From contig OX597823.1 in assembly GCA_951406725.2 (NCBI GenBank), forward strand, positions 8,060,001-8,124,000: a stretch of 64,000 nucleotides of DNA. The letters are read 5' to 3'. Positions 1 through 13,053 of the stretch are shown here, one piece after another (within the stretch, counting starts at the first letter, position 1; every line of letters starts with the position of its first letter). The notes beneath the pieces were generated by a model. That model was given only the letters and a program-made list of their open reading frames with translations. It did no database searches and was not told where the DNA came from. Source of the DNA: Octopus vulgaris. Lineage: Eukaryota. A program made the translations under genes and the position numbers.

Positions 1-922
1 GTCGATGAATTGTCTGCACACGGTTCAAAACAGGCAACGTTCTTTTGCTACGAGGAATGTAAAGACTAACGCTGTAGGTCTTATTCTAACTCTGATTTTT
101 GGCGATGTCGGTCATCACCAGTTTCCTCAGAACCCGGAGTATTTCACATAAAAATAAAAGGAAAATTTTTTCTTAATCAGAAACCATGTTGGAGTGGCAG
201 CGTCAGGTTGTATATTAGAATAACAGTGTAGGGTTGTATATTTCTTCTGTTTCTTTTACTACCACTACCATGATTTCTGCACTTTTAAATTCGTCCACCT
301 CATCTAAATCACGTTGCACTTGCGCAGCATAACGTACCACTACCACTACCACTACAATTATCGCCGTAATTATCTTAAAACCCACAGTTTAATCGCCGAA
401 ATACATTTCTCTTGCACTCAGCATACCACTTTTCCCAGCTACCATCTGGAAACGCTTTAATTTTGGTATCATTCTTTCTCCTTTTCAGATAAATGGATAA
501 ATAAGCAATTACATCGCGGAAGAGCCATATTAGCCATGGAAATACACACACACGCACACACACACACACAACAAAAAAAAAGAGTTAAATTGAATTTCCG
601 TTTATATTTCCAGGTGTCAATATTTTCGCTGCACGACTGTGACCTGGTCACTTACAAAGTTCCATTGCAAATGTTTGAAATTATATTAATGGCCAGTTCT
701 AATAGTCTTCAGAGATTTTTTTTCCTTGCTGTCAGTTGTATACCTGTTGTTTCACTTTGATCTTTTGATATTGGTAATCGATTAGTTATTTCCAAGTTCC
801 ATTCTTTTGCTTGTTCACATCTTTGTTACCATTATTGTTACCATTCCATTTTTGTCTCCCCTTATTTTGCTTCCTTCTATTCTTGAAGGTTAATTTTGAA
901 TTTATGCCCACCCCCCCATTTG

Positions 923-1304
923 GAAGCACTCCGTCGGTTACGACGATGAGGGTTCCGGTTGATCCGACCAACGGAACAGCCTGCTCGTGAAATTAACGTG
1001 TAAGTGGCTGAGCACTCCACAGACACGTGTACCCTTAACGTAGTTCTCGGGGATATTTAGCGTGACACAGAGAGTGACAAGGCCGGCCCCTTGAAATACA
1101 GGTACAACAGAGACAGGAAGTAAGAGTGAGAGAAAGTTGTGGTGAAAGAGTACAGCAGGGATCACCACCATCCCCTGCCGGAGCCTCGTGGAGCATTAGG
1201 TGTTTTCGCTCAATAAACACTCACTACGCCCGGTCTGGGAATCGAAACCGCGATCCTACGACCGCGAGTCCGCTGCCCTAACCACTGGGCCATTGCGCCT
1301 CCAC
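923..1304 (-). mobile_element. tRNA-derived SINE, head/body A + tail 1, full length
   Basis: Reverse complement of the 1837-2219 copy. Pol III A-box (TGGCCCAGTGG) and B-box (GGTTTCGATTCC). Probable TSD ccccattt on both sides. Confidence 0.92.
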
Positions 1305-1836
1305 TCACCCCATTTACTATGTATAAGAATATACAAATCTTCAAGTATTCTGGAGTTATTAACGTATAGTATTAACGCATAGTTATTAACGCAAACTTGA
1401 AAGTAGTGACGGAATCAATTTGCTAAGAACTCTATCCTCTGTATACCACAACATCCACCTCGAACTATTATCGATGTTTACCATTGGTTTTGTTTTCTTC
1501 ATCCTCACTTCCTCATCCGCGTATCGTTATCTTCATTACTTTACCGTGATACCATCGCCTGATACGATCGCAACGACACTTTTGTTATCTTTTCCCATCA
1601 CATTTACTCTGATCTGCTAATTATCGGCACGTTATTTTCTTCTCGTATCGTTTTGGACATATTTTTTAGTTTGCTTGCTATGCATTAAATAAAGTGTGTA
1701 TATGCTGTCTATCTTTATGCTTGTCGTGCGAGTGATTTTATATGTGTACGTACGCATGCGCAATTACACACACAAACACACATACACGCAGACACCGAAT
1801 AGGAATGTGTACACGTCTATGTCAGTATATGTACAT

Positions 1837-2219
1837 GTGGAGGCGCAATGGCCCAGTGGTTAGGGCAGCGGACTCGCGGTCGTAGGATCGCGGTTTCGAT
1901 TCCCAGACCGGGCGTTGTGAGTGTTTATTGAGCGAAAGCACCTAAAGCTCCACGAGGCTCTGGCAGGGGATGGTGGTGATCCCTGCTGTACTCTTTCACC
2001 ACAACTTTCTCTCACTCTTACTTCCTGTTTCTGTTGTACCTGTATTTCAAAGGGTCGGCCTTGTCACTCTCTGTGTCACGCTGAATATCCCCGAGAACTA
2101 CGTTAAGGGTACACGTGTCTGTGGAGTGCTCAGCCACTTACACGTTAATTTCACGAGCAGGCTGTTTCGTTGATTCGGATCAACCGGAACCCTCGCCGTC
2201 GTAACCGACGGAGTGCTTC
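1837..2219 (+). mobile_element. tRNA-derived SINE, head/body A + tail 1, full length
   Basis: gtggaggcgcaatggcccagtggttagggc...gtaaccgacggagtgcttc. Near-identical to five other copies in the window. Confidence 0.92.
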
Positions 2220-2224
2220 TATTC

Positions 2225-3870
2225 CAATTTCATTTCTTTCGTTTCTGTCTCTCACCCCTTTCTTGATTTCACCTCTGTCATCTCCGACCCCTCTGTCTAC
2301 TTTTTGGACATCTCTCTCTATCTCTATGGATTCTCTCGATCACTCTCTCACTACTTCCACTTTCTTCAAACCTACTGACTCTCTCCTCTACCTCAATTTC
2401 TCCTCCTCTCACCCCTACCACATCAAACGGGCACCCCCCTGCCAATTCTTCCGTCTCGGACGTCTGTGCAGCCGCGACTAGGATTCTGAGATTCAGTCTC
2501 AATACTTGGTTCGTCTGTTCACACGTCGCGGATACCCACCTCCATCCTTCTCCATGCTGTCCTTACCCGTGCTCGCCAGATTAATCGTACCTCAGTCTTC
2601 ACTCCTTCTCCACACCCGTCTCCCAACTTCACTCTCTTTCCCCTCCTTTTACATCTCTTTACCCTTTCGTCGGAAAGTCCTAGGTGCCTTCTGACTTCAT
2701 TGCCATCCCACCACCTTCCCTTTTTTCCCTAATCCGCCTCTTGCCTTGTTCAAATTCACCCGAAACCTACGTGGTCTATTGGTCCGTAGTTCCCTCCTCT
2801 CGGCCACTCCCAACCATCCTGGATCCTTCCCTTGCCCCAGTCCTCGGTCTACACTTGTCTGTTCATCACCAACACCACCTCCCTCACTGGAACCAAGAAA
2901 CACACTATTCACATCTGTTACACCTGTATCTCTTCTAACATCATTTGTGGTTCATCATATGAGAAGTCAAAAATTATCCACACTTTTGCCATAACATATC
3001 TTTATTATTGTCACACTACCTTCTGCGCATGTCTGCTTATAGTTGGTACTATTTGTGGTCACATGATCGAAGTTTGAGCCTTATAGCGCCGTTTTCCTCT
3101 CTGGCTTTACAGTGTAAGCATGGCCGCTCCACTAGCAATGTATACCAAAGAAGAACAATGAGCAGTGATCCGATTTCTCTGGTCGAAAGGTGTGTCAGGT
3201 GCTGAAATTCATCGGAGGCCTTTTGCACAATACGGGGACAGTGCACTACTGCGTAGAAATGTGTATGAATGGATGGAGAAGTTTAAAAGTGGCCGGACAA
3301 AGGTGATGCACGAAGAGGGAGTAGGACGCTCGCCAACCTCCACCACTGAGTAGAAGATTCAGCAAGTTCGAGAGATGGTCATGATGAATCGGTTCACCAT
3401 TAGCCTCTTTCGGATCACTGCTATTTGTTTTTCTTTGGTGCACATTGCTAGTGGAACGGCCATGCTTACACTGTAAAGTTAGAAAGAAAAATGTCATGAT
3501 CAGGCTCAAACTTCGATCACGTGACCACAATAGTACCAACTATAAGCACGCATGCTCAGAAGGCAGTGTGACAATAATAAAGATATGTTATGGCGAAAGT
3601 GCAGATAATTTTTGACATCATCTCGCATGTTGGACAGTCTGACCGGTGTTTAACCGACAGATTTACAAAACATTTACGAGAAATCTGCCTTCAAAAATAT
3701 ACCCCCGTCACCTGTCACTTCTGCTCGACCAACTACTCCAGCAAACACCTCATTGTATTTGGCCTGGCCTTACATAATGGAACCACCACCACAACTAGAC
3801 TTCGCCTGGAGCAACAGAACATTTTCATCCTACGAACTCATATACTATTTGGGCTTAACACTTCTACTCC
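2225..3870 (+). pseudogene. Penelope-like element remnant (RT C-terminus, Cys-rich linker, GIY-YIG endonuclease), Neptune-like, interrupted by a mariner MITE
   Basis: Translations KPTDSLLYLNFSSSHPYHIKRA..QFFRLGRLCS, FTRRGYP, PGSFPC..YTC..TCISSNII, then after the insertion YVGQSDRCLTDRFTKHLREI..PVTCHF..RLRLEQQNIFILRTHILFGLN. Frameshifts and stops present. Confidence 0.85.
2958..3627 (+). mobile_element. Fold-back mariner derivative (two inverted copies of the 5' end around an N-terminal HTH fragment)
   Basis: About 215-bp inverted arms at 2958-3174 and 3410-3627. Middle translates IRFLWSKGVSGAEIHRR..QYGDSALLRRNVYEWMEKFKSGRT..GRSPTSTTE. TA target. Confidence 0.88.
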
Positions 3871-4304
3871 TTCATGTAACAGCTTCCAACTTTCTTTCCG
3901 CTCTCATTCTTCTATTTTCGGCTGTTCTCACCCTTTTCTCTCTCCATTTATTTTCCAAACACCCACATACATAACTTACACTACTACACACAACATACAT
4001 ATTTACTATCCCACCACATTTACATATCATAGCACGTACAAAAACTCCTCGCTCACACCGACACTCACACATACATAGACACCCATACACAAGCACACAC
4101 GCAACACACACATACACACACACAAACACATACACATATGCGCACACACAAACACATACGTACACACACGGCGGTACACATCCATATCCTAGCCTCTCGA
4201 CCTCACGTCCTTTTACTGCTACAAGCCTGTTAAATTCTCTCTCTCTCTCTCTCTCTCTCTCCCTCTCTCTCTCACACACTCTCATAAACACACATATACT
4301 ACCA

Positions 4305-4465
4305 CCCCAGTATTGCTAAAACCAGAAAATACAGGGAACAGGGCACCAAATGTAAGCTTTGTATCACTGAAAATCTAAATAAAGATAACATCCTAAACAT
4401 CAGGAATGAAACCTTCTCTTCCTGCATACATAAGCAATATTTTACACTCCAGCATTTCATAGAGC
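4305..4465 (+). pseudogene. Penelope-like GIY-YIG C-terminal fragment (second PLE family)
   Basis: Translates IAKTRKYREQGTKCKLCITE..NILNIRNETFSSCIHKQYFTL, matching the CxLC..E..LNxRxE..SxCxH PLE terminus. Confidence 0.7.
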
Positions 4466-5572
4466 AACCACCACCCACTCCGTCGATCCCACCAGGACAG
4501 TTTCTTTCCCTGAACGTGAATATTGAATATATACAACACACGAACTCCGCACATAGAAAATACATACCCCACTAATGAACTCCCTCAATGCACAAACATA
4601 CGAACGTTACACATACCCAGAATATGATATAATATAATGCAAACAAATTCATCATCCAGCACAGTTTTCCTCCCGAAATTCCAATCGGGTATTTGTTTTT
4701 ATTGAGATAATTAGCTGGTGGTCTGTTTCTAATAGGCGAAACGATCCTTCATTTAATGGGATTATATAAGAATCAAATTCAATATCTATATAATCTGAAT
4801 ATTCATAACTTCAGTATCATTGGTCTCCCAGTGCTTTAATTGTAAAATGCTTTAATTGGTGTCGTGCAAGAGTAGCGCCCCTTGATTTCTTGTTTTCTTT
4901 ACGAGACTTTATTGTGAATTCCAGAGAACTTTCGTCTTTCCATCCAAAGTGGAGACGAACACCATTCCTCCAAATGATCGGCTTGAAAAATTGTTGGGAT
5001 ATTAAGATATTTTCTGAACATGAAATCAATGGTAGCCTTAATACACCCCACACACACACCTATACATATAGGATTAAACAGACAGAACACAACAAAGAGA
5101 AAAATTAGACGAATGCAGAACAAACGGGAAACTAGACGAAAACTTAACAGGACGGGGAATATAGACAGAGACACCAAAAACAGAATATTCACAGCTGAGT
5201 TATCCTCGTCAGTCAATGAACCAAAATATCAACGTGGTTTCGTGCCATTATCATTGAGACTACTCAATCCTGGAGGTGCCAGTGCTGTTATTAGGCTACT
5301 AGGAAAAAGCTAGCGAATGTATACTAAGACAGAAACAAACAGGACATTATATAAATACAACGGACGAAGAATTATGCATATATAACAACACGAAGCCTTA
5401 TGGCTATATACAACAGAAGAAAATAATAATAATAATTATACAAATACCACAACTACAACAGAAAGAGCTTTGCGGTTATCAAAAGAACTTAGTGGCGTTG
5501 CATATAGACATGCATGCGTATACATATATGTAAACATACACATATATATGTGTGGGTGTCAGTGTGCGTATA

Positions 5573-5948
5573 GAAGCACTCCGTCGGTTACGACGACGAG
5601 GGTTCCGGTTGATCCGAATCAACGGAACAGCCTGCTCGTGAAATTAACGTGTAAGTGGCTGAGCACTCCACAGACACGTGTACCCTTAACGTAGTTCTCG
5701 GGGATATTCAGCGTGACACAGAGAGTGACAAGGCCGGCCCTTTGAAATACAGGTACAACAGAAACAGGAAGTATGAGTGAGAGAAAGTTGTGGCGAAAGA
5801 GTGCAGCAGGGATCACCACCATCCCCTGCCGGAGCCTCGTGGAGCTTTAGGTGTTTTCGCTCAATAAACACTCACAACGCCCGGTCTGGGAATCGAAACC
5901 GCGATCCTATGACCGCGAGTCCGCTGCCCTAACCACTGGGCCATTGCG
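5573..5948 (-). mobile_element. SINE head/body A + tail 1
   Basis: Near-identical copy. 13-bp TSD cagtgtgcgtata at 5560-5572 and 5949-5961. Confidence 0.93.
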
Positions 5949-5989
5949 CAGTGTGCGTATACATATGATGGAATCTCCCGTCGAAAACG

Positions 5990-6260
5990 ACGTTTAAGTG
6001 TCACTTTCGTTGGGCGGCTTGCACAAATGATTTGTTTATAGCGATTAAATGCATGTGCTGCACATTTTCTCACACCCTGCATGAAATCGACGTTGTCTGG
6101 AACAGGTGCACGGTGCACTACATGTCAGGTGCTGAAAGGATTGCAGAGCAACGCGAGGTGGGGTGTTTTGCTCAAGAATACAACGCACAACCCAGTCTAG
6201 TAGTTGAAACCATGATCTCCAGATCGTTGGTGCCACACCCAAACCACTGGACCATGCACC

Positions 6261-6262
<2 letters not shown>
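5990..6262 (-). mobile_element. Decayed SINE, CORE-like head/body B with a distinct 3' module
   Basis: gagcaacgcgaggtggggtgttttgctcaagaatacaacgc and aaccactggaccatgcacc match the head/body B of 52933-53198. Confidence 0.6.
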
Positions 6263-6343
<81 letters not shown>

Positions 6344-6402
6344 CACGGTACCTTACTCATACTGTCAAAAACGACATTTAAAAGAAATAAGCTGGAAATA
6401 CC

Positions 6403-6629
6403 TATTTCTTTACTACCCACAAGGGGCTAAACACAGAAGGAACAAACAAGGACAGACATAGGTATTAAGTCGATTACATCGACCCCAGTTCGTAACTGGT
6501 ACTTAATTTATCAACCCCGAAAGGATGAAAGATAAAGTCGACCTCGGCGGAATTTGAACTCCCAACGTAACGCAGACGAAATACCGCTAAGCATTTCGCC
6601 CGGCGTGCTAACGTTTCTGCCAGCTCGCC
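6403..6629 (-). mobile_element. Meta-domain-like SINE (family D), full length
   Basis: tRNA-like head (B-box gagttcaaattcc) plus central gcctttcatcctttcggggtcgataaattaagtacca resembling the MetaSINE/MESC domain. Many copies in the window. Confidence 0.88.
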
Positions 6630-7183
6630 ATGTAATAAAAGCATTGACATTCATCCTATATCTCTGATATAGACTTGTATAGTAAGAATAATTGAATTTT
6701 TTAAAATGATGGAAAATTTTATATAAATTGTTTTAATAGTTTCTTGATGCTAAAGTAAAAAAAAAACCATTATTTAATAGGTGAAGAGTTCTCCAACTAG
6801 TATTTTATTAAATCATTGGTGAGTCTGCATCGTCAAAAGTGACAACGTTTCACACATATATTAAAAGTAATTCATATTCATGACTTTTGCCAAGGAATGC
6901 GGAAAAACTCTGTGAAATTTACTTCCCATAATTCAGTTACTTTGGTTGATATGGGAATAATATCGGCGACAAAATGCTTTGAACATTTCCGTTTCTAAAA
7001 GTAGTTGAACTTGTGACACAGTCCTTTCACTCAACTACTTGACAAAAAAATTATGTAAATATTAAATAGTAGTTCTCTGAAGCTATTTCTCCTTCGTCTG
7101 TCTCCCTCCTGCCGTGGCACTTTAGTGGGACAGAAAATAAATAATATCTATACATATAATTTACACAACGAAATTTATCATAG

Positions 7184-7185
<2 letters not shown>

Positions 7186-7228
<43 letters not shown>

Positions 7229-7292
7229 TTATACATGCGCGAGCATGTGTGTGTGAGTGTATGTGTGCTATGTTGCCAAACCCTGAACAACA

Positions 7293-7356
<64 letters not shown>

Positions 7357-7357
7357 C
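7186..7357. repeat. (CA)n and (TATC)n microsatellites
   Basis: Directly visible tandem repeats. Confidence 0.95.
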
Positions 7358-8604
7358 TTATACGAGTACACATGTTCAGAAATTGGTAACATCAACATAC
7401 CCCAGCGATTGATAGTATCATCTTACAGTTCTTCGGACTGAGTGACTATTTTGTGAGGTATTTATAACATGTTGTCTCCCCCACCCCACCAGATAATGGT
7501 TGTAATTGAGGAAGCGAGTGAAAGACAATAGGAGTACTGGAAGTGATGATTTGTTGATGTTATACGAATAGTGAGTGTTTGTGATTAACCAGGCTTGAGA
7601 TCTAGGTGTATGGAGGAGTTTCGAGTGAATAATTGTTTGTATAAACAAGTATTTTGGTAAACAATTTAACGTGACCAAAATGAAGAGATTAAGTACTTGT
7701 TAATGGGTCATATATATACCATAAATGTATGTAGGGTGGTGGTAACGTAGAGTGTTATGAAATCGGTTCTAAATGACTTAGCAGACGGATAAACGCAAAC
7801 CGGAAACACAAATGAAAATACATGGCAAAGTAAATAAATATGGCTGATTGTGAACTTCTGAAAAGATTAACGATTGTTTTTTTTTTTTTTTGGCGGGGTG
7901 GGGTGGGGGATTTATTGCAGTTTCAATCCCGAAACCTCAACTAATCACTTAAAAGAAAATGTCGTTTACCAAAGCTTTTTTGGTAAATGTTTTTTACTAA
8001 AGTGTTAGTTCGACCGACGCCGTGTGAGTGAAATTTGGTATACGGAAAATTGTAGAAGCCCATCGGGTGGCCTGCACCTATAATTTAAGCCCAGTTTTGT
8101 ACCAGTGTGTCGTGCTGATTCCATTTTAGAATCATGTTAAAGATACACGTCTATAGAAAACTCTGGCACTTCGCGCTCTAATTCTAGAATTACTCGAACA
8201 GATGGTTGTTCATATGTCGATCTCGAGGGCATAGTCCGTAGTTCATCTCTATATCTCCCCTACCCCCTCTCTCTCTCACACCTGTAGATATTAAAACAGT
8301 TGAATTCATTCATAATTCTTTTCCATTTTACTAATTTGAAAAAGAAAAATATCCTTGCCTACCCTCATAATTCTCTGTCTTTCTACTTTGTATTTCTCCT
8401 TACACCGCTCTCTTTGTGATCTGTAAAAAGTAGTTTGTTCTGAAAAAAATATAAACAAAAATAAAAAACGTATCTGATTTTTATAAATAATTAAAATTTA
8501 ATTTATAATGATGAGATCAATTAAGATCGAAATACGTATATGTAATTGGAAGTTTATTATCGTTATAATTAAAAAATAACATGAAATAGATCTCTCATTT
8601 GTAG

Positions 8605-8790
8605 TGTATTGTATTTGCTCAGGTTCTACACGTTCTGTGTTAAAATAGTTTGGTGTCAAATTTGCCTTTCCTTCCTCCGGACTCGATGAAATAAAGTACT
8701 AGCCAAGTACCGAAGTCGAATTAATCGACTAACCGCTGCCCGCGAGTGGCAGGATTTGTGCCTTTATCACAGACTGTTATAATTAATACT
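8605..8790 (+). mobile_element. Old decayed family-D-like SINE
   Basis: tttgcctttccttcctccggactcgatgaaataaagtactagc..gtcgaattaatcgact resembles the family D core. Confidence 0.55.
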
Positions 8791-9599
8791 ACGAAAAAAG
8801 TTAACTTTGAATACATTTTTTTCTTTATAAAAAAGCCCGCCACCCAGCAAAAAAGACAAAAAATAAAAAAAGACAAGAAAATATAAACAAATAGGCTATC
8901 CCAAAAATACTTGTTAAAGTAAAGGATTCTCAATCATTACTGAATAATAATTAATAATGGGTTCATAGATGTGTGTCAGAACAGGGTGGAATGCGAAAGC
9001 AATAACCAGAAGACCGCAAAAAGCCAAGTGGATATCTCACTCGCCTAACATGTATACACAAGTGAAATATGGCTGGAAAAAAAAAGACAAAAACCCAATA
9101 AAAATGGAAAAGACTGAATTTGAACAATTGAATTTGAGAAAAGAATATTGAGAAAGAATAATAGCTCTAAAAGCTATAGAAATAAACCCAAAATTGAATC
9201 CATTCAACATCTGACTCTTTCGTTCACTTTCTTTCCTACTATTTTTTTTTTACCACTTCTTCCTGTCTTTCTGCAGTTTCAAAACAGCAAACAATTTTTG
9301 CATTTGCATTCATTATACTCTGTCCTCCACTGTTTGTCTGCCTCTGTCTGTCTCTCTCTTTCCCTACCTTTCTAACTTGGAACGAAAAAGACTTCCTGAT
9401 GAGAGAAAGAGAAAAAAACAAAACGAAATAAAAACTAATCAGATTTTCATGAATAATTAAAATTCAATATTACACTGAGATCAATTAAGATCGAAGTAAG
9501 TATAATGTAATTAGAATTTTATTATCATTACTACACTGAAATAAACACGAAACTGATTTAACACAATTCTGAAGTCACAATATTATTATTATTATGAAG

Positions 9600-11800
9600 A
9601 AAAGGCTTTCTTGATATCTGTTGTTTACGCATTATTCACTGCAAACCATCCAGACAACGGAGGTAGATAAACCGATATGATATTCTAGGAGACAAATTTA
9701 TCGATATAGATTTTCTTACTGTTATATTTAGTCGATTTGCATTGTCGGTTCTATCGGTATAAATTGTAAAATCACAGAAAATGATGATGCGGCCAGTCTT
9801 AGTGATTTGTTGGGAAGGTGTTTATACCAATTTATAGACATTCCGATGGTACTTGCAGATTTTCCAATGTATGTATTGTCTTATTTGCCAGCGCCTCTTT
9901 TGTACTCGTTAGCAGCCATTAATGAATACCCAGAAACAAAGGGGTCGATCATTTATACCTGGGTACGACATAATCTACACTTTGAGTCTGTTCCGTTCCT
10001 AAGTATATTTGCCTGGCAATTGCGGATTGATAAAGGTTGGTCTTGAACTGAGGCTGTTAACCCTTCAGTTTCTGCCTTTAACCCAGCACTTCGCAACCAC
10101 TGATTGGTGAGAAATTTGTCAATATCAGCTTCATCGGTGCGTGCTAGGTATTGGCAGTGCAAGGGCTTAGCTTGCCAGCATTGTTTGCTTGTTCTAAGCC
10201 TTTTCTCTATTGCTTTTCTTTTGGTTATTTTTGCAGCTTGGGTTGGTGAGGTTTCTCCGTTCTGGATGCTCATATTTTCTAAACTAAGCCCGTTTAAAAC
10301 TTTTTAGCTTCTTAGTTTTGTTTATTTTCATGTTATTTATTTCATTTTTGTTTTAAAAACAGGACTATCATTCAGTCAGTTATAGTATCAAGATATGCTT
10401 CAAGACCGATGGCGATTATTTTGAAAGATATTTCAAGTGAAACGAGATCTCTGTTGCCTTCATTCCAAGGGAGATATAATTGTTCAATGTCAGTTTTAAG
10501 AAGGTGCATATTGTAGAATGTGAGGAGTTTTCTGGTTTTCACATTCCACCTTTTGATGTCTTAGTTCAATAAATTATGCTGAAGCTATACTTAATAACTG
10601 GTATCACTAGAGTATTTGTTGCCTTAAACCGGTTTTGTGAATTAAGGATAAGACTTATTCTTTTGGAGTACTCTATTTAATATTTTCTTCCATTTGGAGG
10701 TGCATTCTACCACCGCCGTTGACACCAAAGTATTTTCATGTTTCTTCTTGTTCAATCTTTCTGATGGTGATTGATATGTCAAGATCAATGGGAGGTACGA
10801 GAGTAACCCTACAATTCTCAAGTCTTACTTTGCACATTTTCTAAACTAAACTCCATATCTCTGTCATCACTAAAGCTTTTTACGGTTGTGCAAAGATCTT
10901 GCTCACTATCGTTTTAGCTTATAACTTTCGGTCGTCTCTATAGGAAAAGTAATTTATTGTCTTGCTTTCTATTATGTAATCTAATTTGGCATTATTGAGC
11001 TAAATAAACAAAGGAACGAAACAAATACAGAAGAGAGGAAAGAGAATCCCTTTGAAAAATACCATCGCTAATTTTTATGCTGTTTGATTTGCTTATCTAT
11101 TTACTGTGGTGCATCAGAAGTTTTGCGTTCCATATAGCCATATTGTGCTCCAGAAATTTTGAAATTACTAGTAAGATTCTGTATATTTTTCATACACGGG
11201 CAATCTAAATAAGAGGTACACTACCCAAGGTATTCGGATAGTTTATCCACGCATCGCTTAGTTTTCGTTTCCCATCATGACAATTTTCAAGCTTCATTTT
11301 GTTGATGAGAAGTGAACCTATGCAGCGATATGAACCTCTTTTACAGCTCTCTTATTCAAGAAGAACCATATTATTTTCTATAGATATATTATACATCTAT
11401 TCTGTTATGATGGATGTAAGCAATTCATATTTAGTAGATAGGTAAGTGAGAGGCCTATTGTTCTTTGGGCTACGTATCTAGTCGGATTTGTAAAGAAGAA
11501 AAGTTATGTATTCCGTTAATCAACAGGGTGCTTCGAAAGGATTTTTCATTAAATAAAAAACGAAAAAAGACTTAGCTAAAAGATTAGATAAGCAACAGTT
11601 TGAAATTTCATTTATTCCTGGGGACTTCCAGTTTCGAGTATCTAAGAGCTATTTATATATTTTCTTTATAGATACCCTTATATATCTGCTGTGGAAACTT
11701 ACTGGAAAGTGTGATGAGTGATCCCCGTACATAGGTTTGCTCTGTAGTTATTTCTATATAATGTGGTTATTGTACATTTGGTGTGCGATTAATTTACAAT
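9600..11800 (-). pseudogene. Decayed R4/Dong-like non-LTR retrotransposon (RT, CCHC zinc knuckle, RLE region)
   Basis: Minus-strand motifs PKNNRPLTYLST, GIFQRDSLSSLL and WLRSAGLKAETEGLTASVQDQPL..KCRLC. Many stops. Confidence 0.82.
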
Positions 11801-13053
11801 TTGTCTTCGAGTTGTATGATAGTTTTATTAGGACACATTGGACAATGTAGTTCCTGGTATCTCTAAAAGACGAGGAAGTTACTATTAGAGCATCTTTGAT
11901 CATATGCCTGCTCTATTAGGGCCGATGTGAGGATAAACATTAGCAACAGCAAAAACTACTAAGCTCTGTTCTTGCAATATTTATCTTAAGGGCAGTAGAT
12001 TAGGAGAACAGGTACAATGACAAACAAAATGTATTGTGGTATTTAGCTGAATTCATATTTCAGTGGTGATTTTGAACTCGACTAAATACCGACCTAATCA
12101 ACTATACTCTTTATTTAGATTTAAGGCCTTGTGTCAAAAATCAATATTTACCTTAATGGATATAATGTTGTGAAACAGTCATTTACTCAATGTCATGATA
12201 TTTACCCCAAAGCAAGTAATCACTTCTTGATAAACACCTCATAGACGGTTGTTCTCAATTCCAACTAACAATCAAGCAAAAAGTTAACTAAATCGTCTCA
12301 GAGAGAAAATTTTATTTACGATGTCGTCCAAATTAGGAGGAATGTCCGTGGATTCACTGAACAGTGACAGACCTGTCGTGTCATTCCTGAAGAGATTGTA
12401 ATTACGCTAATACCGCCAGAGATTTTCAGCAAATTTCCTTGAATTTTACACGAATTATCTAACATCGGATGCAACTATCCATGAACCGATCTGTCAGATG
12501 AAATTTGGCATTACTAAAATAATCGTTTAATTAAAATACAATGTTCTAACACTCACTTGTTAATGAGGCTTAATAGAATTTATCATACGACAATGGTTCG
12601 AGACACGTGCAACTAATTCACTTGATATACATATTAGAATTTGTATTCAGCGTAGAACATTTTCCAGGCTGGTATGTAACTATACTGATCTTACACTTGT
12701 ACTAAAGTTCTCTATAGATATGGAAATCAATGTTTTTGGAGATGTACACTGAGATCATCTGTTCTATAGATATGAAAGTCTCCAGACCTGCGCATGTTGC
12801 AGCATCAAAAGAAATGAGTTCAGAGAGTTTGGTAATTAAATTATTTCAATTGAGAAAGTCAATGATTAGATTATTGGTTAGGACTAGTGGTATGGTTTTG
12901 GAAAGTTAGTGTTTATCTCTGGATTCATGAGTTAAGAAGTAGTAAAGAAACAATTTCAGTTGTTGAAATTATAGGACACCAGTATAGTGTAAGCAGCCTT
13001 CGTACTAGGTTTCCGTTCTGCAGTGTTACTTGTTAATCATTATTAATTTCTTC

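Noticed and set aside
536-760. ORF with a good-looking splice acceptor (tttatatttccag at 601-613)
   Set aside because: No recognisable protein motif, no convincing donor, and the ORF start lies in a CA repeat.
938-1220. Recurrent ORFs MVVIPAVLFHHNF.. and MFIERKHL.. seen six times
   Set aside because: They are translations of the same SINE, not a gene family.
1841-1915. tRNA-like cloverleaf with A and B boxes
   Set aside because: It is a SINE head continuing into body and tail, with an imperfect acceptor stem. Not called as a tRNA gene.
12300-13000. Unique sequence with a short ATG frame and possible splice signals
   Set aside because: Frames close within about 30 codons and no motif was recognised.
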